A program made the translations under genes and the position numbers. A stretch of 64,000 bases of DNA, from NCBI RefSeq assembly GCF_000315625.1, contig NW_005434671.1, forward strand, positions 538,078-602,077, given 5' to 3'. The DNA comes from Guillardia theta CCMP2712 (Eukaryota > Protista > Cryptophyta). This document shows, piece after piece, positions 1 to 15,130 of the stretch. The notes under the pieces were generated by a model. It had not been told where the DNA came from. It saw only the letters and a program-made list of their open reading frames with translations, and did no database searches. Positions within the stretch are counted from its first letter, which is position 1. Each line of letters begins with the position of its first letter.

Positions 1-870
1 AAAACCAAGGAGGTGCTCTTCATCAATACCGGAGAAGGAATGATAGAGAGGCGGGGGAGATAGTTGCATATAGGCACCCCACTGAAGGGTCAGCTGATGT
101 AGAGAGCGGGTCATTCTGTTTGCGTGGTCGTGGACGAGAGTCATTTGCGGTCTCCTCAATCTCTGCCACCGATGACCCTGGGACAGGACCGAGAGATCAG
201 GATATGCCTGCCGTCCGATGCCACCGTTGCGCACCTGGCAGAGAAGGTCAAGGGAACGCGTCTGGTGGGCGACTGCTGAAGTGGCGCAGGTTCTAGAGCA
301 CGAGGACGCGTCTCTGAATACAATGATAAGGCTGATTTACGGTGGACAGCTCCTCCTTCCTGGTCTTGACTGCATCGCCCCCTTCCCTCTTGGATTCTGA
401 CTTTGATGCCGCAGCAAGGTCAGTCAGGTCGTACAACATCCGAGGGGTAGTGCATGCCGTGATGTCCGAGGCACCAGCTTCGATGATGGCAGGGCGGCCG
501 CAAGATGGTGTGCATGGGCAGGTTGAATGGGATGATTCTGACTGCTCTTTGCTGCTCAGGTGCAGCTGCGCAGCAGCAGCAGCCTCACGCAGTTAGCGGA
601 CAGAGCAGGCCACAGAGTTCACTGGGGGAGGAGATCCAGGGGGAGCTGCTAAATCAGCTGATGATCAAAGTCCCTCCCGGGCTCCTTCTGTTGCTGGGTT
701 GGCTTGCCTTCATCCAGACCAACGGCGAACTTTTCTCTCGCTTCTCCACTCTTGTCTTGTTGTTCCTGACCGCCGAGTACCTTCACTTCGTCTTCCCTCA
801 CTTCCTGTTTTCTCGCTCCGAGTCCTCGTCAAGAAGGACAAGAAGCCAAGGCAACGGGGCTCAGGTGGAT
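1..870 (+). CDS. Ubiquitin-like domain plus C-terminal transmembrane protein (TMUB/Dsc3-like), 5'-truncated, multi-exon
   Basis: Spliced pieces read DREIRICLPSDATVAHLAEK / VLEHEDASLNTMIRLIYGGQLL / SVRSYNIRGVVHAVMS (UBL-like 'RLIY.G..L' and 'VVHAV'), followed by two hydrophobic helices (LLLLLGWLAFIQ...FSTLVLLFLTAEYLHFVF). The 3' end is uncertain. Confidence 0.5.
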
Positions 871-1270
871 TCCTGTCTGCCTATCTACCACCCCTCCATC
901 CCGTCCCTTGACGGTCCCACCCCCCCTGCATCCTTTCCTGTCCCTTCCTTTGCTGACTCACTTAGCAGCTCATGGAGAGCTCTCATGGGTCAGTCGGGGG
1001 GTCCTCGGGCTCTTTCCCAGTAATCTCATGGCTGGCGCTCGGGGCAGTGTCGGTGGGAATGTTCGCAGTGGTTTTACAGCTTCAGGCATGAGCCTTGGAT
1101 GATTTTTTTTGGGTCGGGCCGATGGGTAGGAGGGAGGGTGGGGAGAGGCTATCCGGAGAGTGAGTGAGAGTGAGTTTCCAGAAGATTGTACATTTATTTT
1201 GTTGTTGTCAACAAGACAAACTACATACTTTGATGATTCGAATTCTGTTCCCTCTGTAGAGTACTGTATC

Positions 1271-2845
1271 TCACAAGCTCTCCTTGATCTGTGTCATGAC
1301 CTTGTGACGATCTCTATCCTTGACCCTGTTCCTCGCCTTCCTCTTCCAGTCTGCTCCTTCACCATTCTTCGCTGCCCGGCTCTTGACATCCTGGTTGCCC
1401 TTGCTCTTGCTCGTCGACGGCTTCCCACTGAACCGCCAGGCTCGTCGGATGTCATTGTCTCTGTCATATTGCGATTCAGCTGCGCCATTAGCAGGACGCA
1501 TTACGCTCTCCTGTTCCTTGCCCTGCTCCGCTCCTTCCGCTTCTTCCGCTTCCTCTCCTTCGCTTTGCGCGTCAATGGAAGCCAGCTCGGGCATGTTCTT
1601 GCCATCTCCCTCGCCCGTCTCCTCAACCGCACCATCCTCACCGTCTTCTCCATCAGCCGCTTGTAGCTTCTGGAATTCACTTCCTCCAAACGAAATCTTC
1701 TCGGTTTGCCTCGTTCCGTCCTCAGCAACATCGCTGTAGGCTCTCTCTTCCTTATCTCCACCTTCTTCCTCCACCGCCTGCCCCTCCTCCTCCTCCTCCT
1801 CCTCCTCCTCCTCCTCCTCCTCCTCTTCACCGCTGCTTCTGTCTTCACCAGCATCCATGTCATCATGGGCGGACTTCTGACGGTAACTTTCCATCGCTTC
1901 ATCGAACATGTTCGTCTCTTCCCTTGAGAATCCACTGGCCGCAACCAACTTGTCAAGGTCCATGACACGGACTCCACAGTCAGCCAAGCTGGGGATTGAG
2001 CTGGCCTGGAATCCGAACCTCCTCTCGAAGAAGACCCGCAGGCACTCCACGTCTCGGTTGAAGTAGAAGGCGGCGTTTGCATGAGAGGTCGAGACCATCT
2101 GGGGGAAGTCGATGACGGTGATGTCTTCCCCGTCGCTAATCATCACGTTGAACTCGTTGAAGTCGCAGTGCACGAGGCCGCACTGCGCCAGCCGAATGTG
2201 AAGCTCCATTAACTTGGCAAAGACCTTCCCCGGGTTGCGGAGGTGCTTGATCTGCGTCAAAGGGTAGGCGTCTACCAGCGACATCACCACACAGTGTCGG
2301 TTCTGGTCGATCGGCTCGGGCACGGGAAAGCCCGCATCGCGGAGGACGCGCATGAAAGCGAACTCCTTCTGTGCTGCCAACCTTGAGAGGTACAACCAGT
2401 TTGCGAACTTGCGGTGCTGATGGTAGTCTCGCTTCTCCTTGATCTTGCGGAAAGAGGTTCGCCCCAGCCTGTGCATCTTCACCACTACTTCTCTCTCTTC
2501 CGAGTCGTCAAGGGCGATGAAAACGTCCGACTCCTTTCCAACACCAATCTGACGGCCAACTGCGCGAACGATGTTCCTCTTCGACAGCGTACTGAAGGCC
2601 AGGTAGTCATAGCCGAGGTAGTTCAAGCTGTAGCCATCGTAGTGCTTGCGATCATGCTTGATGAGCTTCGATCGAAGGAGAGAACTAAGACACTTGAATG
2701 CTCCTCCGTGCTTGAGGTTTGCGATGCTCGAGATCAGCTCCACAGGAACGAGCTCGTGGTTCTTCATGCCTTGCTCCACAGCCTGCAGTGTGCGCATTTC
2801 GTCTCTGCTGAGATAGCGAAGCGCAGAAACATCCATGCGCCCCAT
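1271..2845 (-). CDS. RIO2: RIO2 atypical Ser/Thr kinase (40S maturation), intronless
   Basis: Winged-helix start (GMKNHELVP), QIGVGKESDV, HRLGRTSFR, VHCDFNEFN, IDFPQMVS, and an acidic C-terminal tail. ATG at 2845 (MGRMDVSALRYL). Confidence 0.96.
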   Translation of the reverse strand: MGRMDVSALRYLSRDEMRTLQAVEQGMKNHELVPVELISSIANLKHGGAFKCLSSLLRSKLIKHDRKHYDGYSLNYLGYDYLAFSTLSKRNIVRAVGRQIGVGKESDVFIALDDSEEREVVVKMHRLGRTSFRKIKEKRDYHQHRKFANWLYLSRLAAQKEFAFMRVLRDAGFPVPEPIDQNRHCVVMSLVDAYPLTQIKHLRNPGKVFAKLMELHIRLAQCGLVHCDFNEFNVMISDGEDITVIDFPQMVSTSHANAAFYFNRDVECLRVFFERRFGFQASSIPSLADCGVRVMDLDKLVAASGFSREETNMFDEAMESYRQKSAHDDMDAGEDRSSGEEEEEEEEEEEEEEEGQAVEEEGGDKEERAYSDVAEDGTRQTEKISFGGSEFQKLQAADGEDGEDGAVEETGEGDGKNMPELASIDAQSEGEEAEEAEGAEQGKEQESVMRPANGAAESQYDRDNDIRRAWRFSGKPSTSKSKGNQDVKSRAAKNGEGADWKRKARNRVKDRDRHKVMTQIKESL

Positions 2846-3099
2846 GGCTGCGACTGAGGAGAGAAGCGAGAGAAGAAGAAGAGCTAGGAAGAGCACAATG
2901 CTTGCTGCTACGGAGCAGGGAGGTCGACCGAGTCACGCGGACACCTCACCACGTGAGCGAGGGGAAGCAGAGGCTTCAAACAAGACGATAGGCTAGCAAC
3001 AGAGCGAGCGAGCGATCACGGTCAAAGGGATGCGGGAGCGACTTGGAAGACAAGCAGCATGCACGTGCGCCGCCCAGCAAATAGCCTGTTTGTGAGTAA

Positions 3100-3700
3100 A
3101 GGCCCGGCCTTTAAGTTTCAAGTTTTTCCGGGCCGTTGAACACCCGGTGGCTCGGACCCGGACCGGCGTGACGGTTCCGGCTGAGTCCAGACGGTTCAGC
3201 CCGCCGGGCTCGGACGGCCCGGCCCGACCGTACCGTGAGGAACCCGGCCGGCCGCACGGTCTGACTCGCGGTCTCACCCCCCGGGCCCCGGCAACCGGAC
3301 CGGCGGCGGCCGGGCGCGGCTCAACGGCCCGGGCCCTCGGGCCCCGCTGCCGTCACGCGCCGGCGGCAGCGTGAGTGGACGGGTCGGAGCCGCTGAGGGC
3401 CTGGCTTGACGGGACTGAGTCACACGGCCGGCGGTCACGGGGTGGCAGGCTCAGAGTAATCAATGCTAGCGGCTGGCAGTACTTACCGTACAGTACGCGG
3501 TACCGGCGTACGGTAGTGATTGACGCCGTACTACGGTACCGTCAAGTACGGTACGTAAATTAATCAAACTGAAATACTTACTTACAGTCACTGAGTACTG
3601 TGCGGCCGTCCTCGGAGCGCTCCAGGACTCCGGGGGGCCGGGGCCGGGACTCATCAGCCTGCCAGGTTGGGCGGCGCGCCGCTTCAATCAATGTGAAGCA
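3100..3700. repeat. GC-rich CCGG/GGCC/GTAC palindrome-dense low-complexity island in divergent intergenic DNA
   Basis: Dense ccgg, ggcc and gggccc, a GTAC-rich patch at about 3478-3560, then a C-rich tract at about 3990-4860. Confidence 0.6.
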
Positions 3701-5281
3701 TCCAGGGCAGCATCCAGGGGGCTGGCTGAGTTGCCACCGTGACAGCCACTTAAAAGGCGAGTCACGAGGTGAACTCAGAAATGAAATTATAGAGAACAAT
3801 CAACTTAGACACTCGGACATGATCACGCCGTGCCGGGTCCGGTCGGAGCGGCGAGTCTGTCAGGGAGCTGTCACGTGCGCTCAATTGACCCTGATGATTC
3901 TTTCATTTCAAGTTTGTCTCTTGTCAGCCGCTGCCGTGTCTTAAAAAAAAAACGGCAGGACAAGGACATGACTCCATGACTCCGATGGAAGGGTACCACC
4001 CTAGTCACTACCTGACCCCCCTCTTGCACCGGCAATGACACCCCCCCGAGCCCGACGGTCCATCGTTGTCAACCTTCAGCTATCACCGACGGCCCTTTAA
4101 GTGTGCCGCTTCCAATCTTTAACTCAGTCCACCCCTCCCTCTGACCTCCAGGACCCCCGTCCTGTAAGACCCGAACGAGCTCCCTAAAACCTCCTTTTAC
4201 CATCGTTTTGGCAAAGGTAACCCTCACCCTACCCCTTGCGCTACCATTGCAAAAGTTTTCATGACCCCACCCTATACTTCATGCATTCTTGCCATCCAAG
4301 GACCCTCTCTCACAGTTCGTAGATCTACCCCCACCCCCTCCAACCACGGAAAGCTTGTTTGATGTACCCGTGACCAGTTGCCCTCTTCCTGCCACCCTCC
4401 ACCCCCTCTTTGTCGTTGTAATGTACCCCACCCCCACGTGACGTCCGGACTGGGGATCAACGGCTCCTTCATGCAAACAGGTAAAATGCATTTTATCAAT
4501 TTTTTTTGAGTTACCAGCAATAAATAATTTAAATCTCCGGTAGCGAAGGTTTATAAACTTAAATTTGTTTTAGTCAGCCCCACCTACACCCCTCAACTTC
4601 TTCAAAATCTTCTTTTTTCGCATACTTTTGTTACCCCACCCCTCTACATCACGTACTACCCACCTTTTTATCTTGATTGACCCCTTGTTTTACGGGTACT
4701 GGAGTTACAATCATGCTGTTGAGTAGGGTGGGTGATCATTGGCACACCACCCCTGGTTGACCGACATGGCCGCCCAATTGATGAGTAAAACATGAGTGCA
4801 CTTATAAAAATTTACATACACCACCCCCATCGACCCCTTCCCGGCTTCGTCCCCACTCAACAACTCCTGCTTGCCCGCTCGCTCCCTGCTCCCTGCTCCC
4901 TGCTCCCTGCTCCTCTCCCTTGTACTGCACGTTGTCCTACCTCCATCTCGATTTTCTCTTTCCATCCTTCTGTCTGATTGCAAGCAGTACGTCGTTCGGC
5001 CCGCCGAAACGCGTGTTGATACGAATCGTGGGAGGTGATGTACTGATTGTGACAGTCAACGATGAGCCAGCATGAAGGGGCTGGTGCTGTAGATATCATC
5101 TAAGTGGATCTAGACAAGTCTACATCACATTCTTGGCGCTAGGTGAAGTTTGAATAGTTCAACCACAGAGCCCGACAGTCTTAAATGTTTGGATCTGCCC
5201 TCTATTTTCAGGATGACACCTGCTGCCTGATGTTGTGAGAAGAAATCGCACAGAGCGCGGCACAGGTTCACTCCAGCCTCC

Positions 5282-6740
5282 ATGTCAGACAAGGCGCTCA
5301 GGGCAAAGTTGAGGAAGATCGAGGAAAGAGAGAGGAGCCGGCAGCTCCACCTTGCCCTCGATCCCCTCGTCCCGTGCACAGGTGAGTCACGATGTCCAGA
5401 AGGATGGAGGGAGCAGCAGCGGGTGACGTTGATCTCAGAGCGACCTGACGCCCCCCAGGGTGGGAGGAAACGAATCCTTCCCTCCGACCGATCCATCCCT
5501 GACCTGTACCAAGACACCATCGTGCACGTCAAAAGGATTCTTGCAAGACAGCAGAGCCTGGAAGGTTGCCGTACTCTCTTGAGCTGCTCCTGGGGTGCTG
5601 ACCGTTCTCACAGCGCGCAAGTGCAGCTCTGCCAGCGCGTTGCAGCCAAGGCCGGATGAGGCAGGGGAGGGCCCCGAAGGCCTGTTGACTCCGGATATCC
5701 TGAGGCAGGGCCTCCTGTCCTGCAGACTGCGGGGGTTCGTGCAAGTCAGGCTGCCGGACTACGTTGTAGTCTGCATGAGCTATCAGATGCTGCAGTACTT
5801 CGAGCACTGTCCCTTCAAGGGACCTGTTGGGCAGCCTCTCTTTCACTTCATCCATCCTTGCGACGCTCCTTACATCGCAGCATGCGCGGAGGAACGTGGA
5901 GAGCAGCGGCATACGAGTGCGGACAAGGGAGTGGAGGAAGAAAATGTGATGGAAAAGGATATTGCGCATGCTTGTGTGCGAATGTTTACCTTCGGCAGCT
6001 CGGGCATCCGATGCCTCCCGTTTGCTGTCTCGTTCGATCGTTCCTGCTACCAGAACTGCTCCTCGTGCGTGCTGGAGTTCGAGCCGCTGGAGGAGGGGAG
6101 GGGGGACTGCGTGGTGGGCGGCAACAGACCATTCCAGGAGTTCGGGGGCGTCTTTGCCTTTGACGAGCTGAGATCGCATGATGGCGGCCGTCACGGGGCT
6201 CGAGCGGCGTGTGTTGAAGTCGAGGACGCGGTCTATGGGGCAGGAGGGGAGATGAAGAGCCTGGAGGCGCTGGACCTGGCCCGGCAGCTGTCCAGCTGCT
6301 TCGGGGTGAACGAGAAGAAGCTCCTGGTGCGCATGCTGCAGTTGACGCTCTCGATCGTGCGGGGGGAGAAGTTCCCCAAGTGGAACTTCCTGCGGTTTCG
6401 CCTCAGTCTCCCTTGCATCCTCGGACAACTCAAGACGGATTGGCAGCGGGGCCGACACAGCGAGCAAGTGGAGATGAACGGGAGGGACTCTTCATCACCT
6501 TCCTCCTCGTGCTCGTCAAAAGTCATCTTCCTCGTGCACGAGAGCGATGGATCTGCGAGCCTCTGCTTCTCGGAGTTCACCCTGGATGAGAGGAGGGAGC
6601 AAGGCAGTCTGCACGGCAGCAGGTTGTACAGGGTGAGCAAGGAGGAGCTCTACTGCTGTGGGATAGACCAACGGCGGAGGAGCTCCCAGCGGCTACCCGT
6701 GTACGAGCACTGGTGGAACGTAATGGAGGGCGAGACGTAA
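5282..6740 (+). CDS. bHLH-PAS-like transcription factor
   Basis: Basic helix RKIEERERSRQLHLALDPLVP, loop, and helix 2 DRSIPDLYQDTIVHVKRIL. A PAS-like segment follows (GFVQVRLPDYVVVCMS...GQPLFHFIHPCD). GT-AG introns at 5382-5438 and about 5565-5613. Confidence 0.6.
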
Positions 6741-6782
6741 GGGGCGAATGAACAAGAACAAAAGGACACCCTTCCTTTGATA

Positions 6783-9565
<2,783 letters not shown>

Positions 9566-9645
9566 GACGACACCTCAAACTTTGAACTTTGAAAGTTTGA
9601 AGGTTGAAAGTTTGAAGATTGAAAGTTTCAAAACACGGAGAGGAT

Positions 9646-9712
9646 GGATACTTCCACGGATACTTCTACGGATACTTCTACGGATACTTCTACGGATACT
9701 TCTACGGATACT
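9646..9712. repeat. 12-bp tandem repeat (GGATACTTCTAC) x about 5.5
   Basis: Visible directly between the divergent starts of the phosphatase and DAP3. Confidence 0.9.
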
Positions 9713-9734
9713 GCATTTGTTTCAGAGGCGCGTG

Positions 9735-11540
9735 ATGCTACGTTGCAGTCGGCGATGGCTGTCGGCTGCTCCGCCCTCGCGCGGCCTCTGCCTCCTCCTC
9801 CCTCCCTCCTCCTCTCTCTCTCCTACAGGCTCATCTCTTTCGCGCTCCTCCTCCTTCTACTCTACCTTGGCCCCGCTCCGGGTAACCGTCACCTCTCATC
9901 CCCGCTTGATGCACGGTGGAGCCCCGAGATGGTCAGGGTTCCATGCTCCCTCCTCCCTTGGCATTCGTGAGATGTGTTCCATGCCCAAAGAGACCGAGAA
10001 GTCGAGCCTGGGGGTCTCTGGCATCGACGTGGTGGCGGATTCGAACCCCTTCAACCATCAGGTGTCGGACGTCGGCCGAGTCTATCCTTTCGACAAGAAG
10101 GGGATCCTCAAGGTGATACCGGAGGGGCTGGCAGGCTATCTCCACAAGATCCTGTACGGGAAGCGAAGGAGAAATCCCCCTCCAGTCCCAGTCCGAGCCT
10201 GGTACGACAGGGTTCTCAAGGAGAAGCCCGGCATCGTGATCCGCAAGGAGTCGATGCAGATCATCAGCGCCCTCAAGTCCCTGGCCAAGTCCGGCATCCC
10301 CAAGGGCAACCCCCACATCGTGACTCCTGGATTCTTGTTGGACGGGGTCCCGGGCATAGGAAAGAGTGCAATCATCAACCACTGTGTGCACTGGGCGAGG
10401 GCGAGCAAAGAGTGGATTGTTGTGTTCATCCCTGAGGGGTCGCGATTGGTACGCGGCCTTGGGAAGTTCGAGAGGGGCGGCGATGACGATGAGCTTGGGA
10501 GCATCATCGTTCAACCAGAGTTTGGGAAGGAGATTCTGCAGCACCTCATTGCAGCCCACAGACCGATGCTCGACGAGTTGCCGTTGAAAGAAGACGCAAA
10601 CGTGAAATGTTCCGAGGCCATCGACAAAGCCTTGGCATCGAAAGTTGCCAGGGATTCAGTGAAGGCGCTTTTTCAAGTGACATGCGTTCTATACCCATCT
10701 TTCCGCTCAGGTTTTCCTCACAGGTGATGGAAACTCTGAAGGAGCAAACAAAGTTCCCTGTCCTTGTTGCAGGTACTTGCTCTTGTCTTTCTCTCCTGGC
10801 TAAATTGCTTGCAAGTGGACGAGATCAATGCTCTTCAAGGGATCAGTTTTTACTATGACCATAACATGAAGCAGGCAAGACTTTGGTCTTGCTACTTCAT
10901 ACTTGCGCTGAATGTCGTGACAGATCCCGGCCAAGAATGTTGTGATCGCAGAGTTCTTTGGGAGGTTTTTGGATGCAGGGTACAAGGTGAGCATTTGCAC
11001 AAGATTTTTGCTTGCGGCTCAAAGATGTTGCAGAGAGGGTTGGTGCTTGGTGCTGCCACTCGAACAGGTATCTTTCAGCACGTTCGCCTGCCGCCTTTCC
11101 ACAAGAAGCCGATTCAGGTCTTTCTTTCTGGAGGAGGCTGGCGGTCAGCCTGAAGTAGATGTTGATAGGTTCCTGGCATGACACGAGATGAGATCAGAAA
11201 CATGCTTACCTTCCAGCAGAATCAGAAGGAATTCTTCACTAAGGTGACTTGGAAGTGTTTCAGGCTTCTTAGCAGGCCGACTAATCCATCGTCCCCTCAT
11301 GATAGATAACGGACGAACTTCTTGACTACCTTGTTTTCGTCACGTGCGTATCTTTGGGTGGGATTTCAGCTGGGGGTAACATGCGGGTTCCTCAGGGAAG
11401 GAAGGCCTTACGAAGTAGAGAAAATGGCTGCTTCCGAGTTATTTAATGTCGGGTTGAAGAACCTGCCTAAGAAGAAGCGAGTTGGTAAGTTCTTTGGAGA
11501 GTCGCCGGTCACACAGATCATCGGAGCAGACGTTGATTGA
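9735..11540 (+). CDS. DAP3: Mitochondrial ribosomal protein mS29/DAP3, multi-exon
   Basis: Arg/Ser-rich presequence (MLRCSRRWLS), P-loop GFLLDGVPGIGKS, HCVHWAR..WIVVFIP, and FPVLVAVDEINAL. Confidence 0.85.
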
Positions 11541-11686
11541 AAGCCCATCGGCTGTCGGGCTGAGCCCACCCTGTTCTCGGGCATAGTTTACCAGTGAAGT
11601 AAAACAGTATCCTCGATGCAAGAGTGTGGTTAAAATGACATCGAGATCTATTGACCGCCCGATGCCATCGATGTAATGTTGCTAAT

Positions 11687-13332
11687 CTACTCTAGAGACA
11701 AGAACATCCCCCGCCATGTTTGTATCTCTGGCCCAAGGCCAGTAGCACGCTGCAAGGCGCCACCACCAACGAGTACAAAACCCATGTCAGAGAGTACTGT
11801 CTCGGCTTGGTGCAGAGTTCTCCATCTGGCAATGACTGGGTTTACTTCTGTGGAGCTCGTCCCTGGAAATCTGTTAGCAGCAGAAAGAGCATGAAAAAGC
11901 ATTTCAGACCAGAGAACGAGAGATTTTCTTCTTCAGGCTCCTCCACCTGAGCACGTGTCAGCCTTCACTGAGGGACTTTCGGTTAAGTACGGGTGGTTTG
12001 TCCAAGACTTCTTCTTTGCTCCCAGTTGAAAAGTGCTCTCAACTTGTTGAATTTGTGCCTATCACCACGTCTCACTATCGCACGAATCTTGACCGATTCG
12101 ACTTGACCTCTAGTGGTATGCAATCGTGAAAAAGATCCGAAGTGTTGGGAAACAAACTGTCCAAATATGGACACGCCTGGAAAACAGATTGGTCACGTAG
12201 AGAGATTTCTCAACCTTCTCAACCTTCTTCGTATGGTTTGGATCCAAATCGCAAATGTGTTTGTGCAACTTAGCCGCTTCCTCTCTTTCGTCCGTTTTGA
12301 CGAGAAGCGAGCACTGATAACGAACATCAGATAAATACAGGAGTGGATGATAGAGACCTTGTGGTCTAAGGTTAAGATATGCTCTGGATCTGACTTCAGA
12401 ACCTGTTTCGAACAAGTCAATCAGAAGGGCGTAGAGGAAGCATGAAAATCATACAGTGCTGTATAATATTCTTGCCTTTTCAAAGTCATTTAAAACCTGT
12501 GACTTGATAAGATCCATGATGATAAGACAGATAGGACAGATAGGATGACTCATACATTCTGATGAATCAATCCAAGCATCGCAATGCAGTTGTGGTATGT
12601 GCTTTTGTCACATTTCTCCCATTCGCTCTCTTCATTGTACCCATGCACCACCTCCTCGAAAAGAGCCTTTGATCTCTCGTAGTTGCGCATATCGTACAGA
12701 ACAATGGCCAGATGGTAGACTGTCTTGTCATGCTGAGGGCGAACAACGATTGCTCGTTCAAACAACTCGCTCGCTTTCTCGAGATCCCCCCTTGAGTATG
12801 AAATCTTGGCCAAGTTAGTGAGGCACTCGTAATTCACCGGGTCCTTCTCCAGCACTTGAGAGTATATTCTTTCAGCTCCTTTGTCGTCTCTGCTCGTGTG
12901 CATAGCATGAGCCTTCTCCACAAGCGCATCAAGGTTCGCTAGCTCCTCCTCCGTCAGCTTGTCGTGCGGTTCAAAATCCGACCTGACTCTGTCCACCGTA
13001 GCCTGATCCACAGCCTTCGACTCGATGCGCTTTCTCAAAGTTGGCTCGTTAATCCCATGAGCAATCAGCCTTCTGAGGTCATTGCTGTCCTTCCCCTTCT
13101 TGTGCTTCGCCTTCTCCCTGGCAAGGTTGATAAACTCCGGCGGTCGGGCAGAGCTGTCAACTCGAGTTCTGCCCCTGATTGCGGCCGAGCCGGCACGGCT
13201 CGTCCGAGTGGGAGACGAGGTTCCACCTGCAGGCCCATGATCTGTGCCCTCATCTCCTAGAAGATGGCCCAGATTCTCAAGCGCCAGAGCGACTTGGTCC
13301 GGGCGCAACTGCCCGCTTTCCTCGGATGGCAT
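11687..13332 (-). CDS. TPR-repeat protein, multi-exon
   Basis: Repeated TPR helices (AERIYSQVLEKDPVNYECLTNLA; ASELFERAIVVRPQHDKTVYHLA; HKHICDLDPNH). Confidence 0.7.
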
Positions 13333-13689
13333 GGCGTCTGGTTCCGATCGATGGTGGTCGCAACGGGGTTACGATGGGCCCTTTAACCAGTGAAGTGGGC
13401 AAGGATGCAAGGTTTGAATGCTATGACGCCCAATCAATTGAGTTCGCAGGAAAAACAAAGACGGGGTGAGCAATCCCTTCACACGGGAACGAACAGACCT
13501 AAACCTGAACCTGCGAGGACTTCCTCCTTTCCAGGTGTCTGAGCATGAACCAGCTCAGAAGCTCTCCTGTTGTCTTCCAACAACAGAGGTTTTGACTGTC
13601 GTCAGGCTACACTCACTTGTTTCTCATCGCTTCCTCGCCCTTCTTTTCCCCACAGCCTCGTGCTCCTGCCATCCCTGCCGAAGCTTGGG

Positions 13690-15130
13690 AGCCCGACTCC
13701 CACCCCCTCCCCAACCATGCCATTACTACCCCCCTCCCTTCTCGTCCTCAATTACCCTACCCTCCGTTTGTATTTGAACCTCCGCTAGCCATAACCCCTC
13801 CATTACCATTAACCAAGGACCCCACCAGTCAGAACTCGCTTGACCCCATGACCCACCTTACCGTCCCCATGATCATCATATGATTTGTACCCTACCTGTT
13901 TCGATACTTTACCACCCACCCACATAAATCTTCTACCCCACCCTTGCTTCCACCCCTCATTTCCCTATTGAATACCCCACAATCGCTATCTCCATTACAC
14001 CCTCTTCCAACACCCACCCTCTAGTTGTACCCACCATGTGGTTGTCCACGCACAGGCAGACTACCCATGTTGGAATCACCCGAGGGTACCCCCTGTTTGT
14101 GTTTATATATACCCCTACCTCCTGCTTTTGTTCCTCCCCATCTCCACCACCCTGCATGTTCCAATACATTACCCATCCCTCAAATGTACCCCATTCACCC
14201 CTATCTCCTTCAGCCTTTACCCCCTCCCCCTTTTCCTGTTTGTACTCCCCTGGTGAGATTCCCAGGATTTTTACTCAAGTGTGTCCGGATCACCCCACCC
14301 CTACCCCCATTCCACCCCACCCTTACACCCAATGACTTGATGGCAAACCCTATGGTGCCACCCCTGTGTCTCGAGACAAGAACCCCACCTCAGGTCTCAC
14401 GGACCCCTATTGACGAAAACGCTATACTAAGCAACTGGACCCGGTGGTACATCACCCCCACCCCTTTTTTCGGGGACGTGAACAGGCGACGACCCACGGG
14501 AAATCTGGGGAGCATCTCGAGGCTGTGGAGGGAGGGGTCAAATACCATAGGTAGGTAGGGGTAGAACATTGTGGGAGGCAACCGGGTGGTAGCGAGATCA
14601 AATTGTGGTATGAAGGAGGGGTGGTAAAAGGTGAAGGTTGAGATTTGATGATCGACCTCGCCGGTGGCACAGATTTGAATGTCGAGGAGGGTAGGGTACT
14701 TGAGGGGAAGGACCAAAACTGGGTAGGTGTGGGATGTTTTGGGGTAGTGTGATGAGAGAGGGACGGGTAGGAGGGAAGACTAGTCCCCAGACATTTGGAG
14801 GGTGGGTGGTTGAAACTAAGGGGGTACAGTCCTACAAAAGACAAGGAAATTTGGAGGTGAGGCTGAAAATAAAGGTTGGCTGCCAAGGGGTGGGGTACAT
14901 TCATAGTGTTTGGGAGGGTGGACTGGGGCGGGGGTACTGATTGAGTGGCACGAAGAGCCGAGAATGCAGAGGAACCTGTGAAGGGGAAGAGGAAGGGGCA
15001 GGGGGGGCGACAGAGGAAGAGAACAACAGGAAGGATGAAGAAAACTTAGAGATAACGAGAAGACATGCAGTCGGCGGGGGGATAGTGGTGGTGGTGGGGG
15101 GTGGGGGGTAGGAATTCATCGAGGGAAACA
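13690..15130. repeat. Low-complexity intergenic tract, C-rich then G-rich (skew flip near 14500)
   Basis: accccc/taccc-rich over about 13690-14470 and ggggta/ggtggg-rich over about 14500-15130, between divergent genes. Confidence 0.6.

Noticed and set aside
2846-2896. Signal-peptide-like extension on RIO2 (MLFLALLLLSLL...)
   Set aside because: It begins at a GTG with an in-frame stop upstream and no ATG, so it is most likely a CT-rich 5' UTR.
2993-3944. Short Pro/Arg/Gly-rich ORFs in the CCGG islands (also 48262-49074)
   Set aside because: Stop-poor GC-rich low-complexity DNA gives spurious ORFs.
9646-9712. CRISPR-like array here or at 45800-46200
   Set aside because: The repeats are contiguous with no spacers, there are no cas genes, and the context is eukaryotic.
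13690-15130. Transposon or telomeric repeat
   Set aside because: No transposase or RT ORF, terminal repeats or regular telomere unit is visible.
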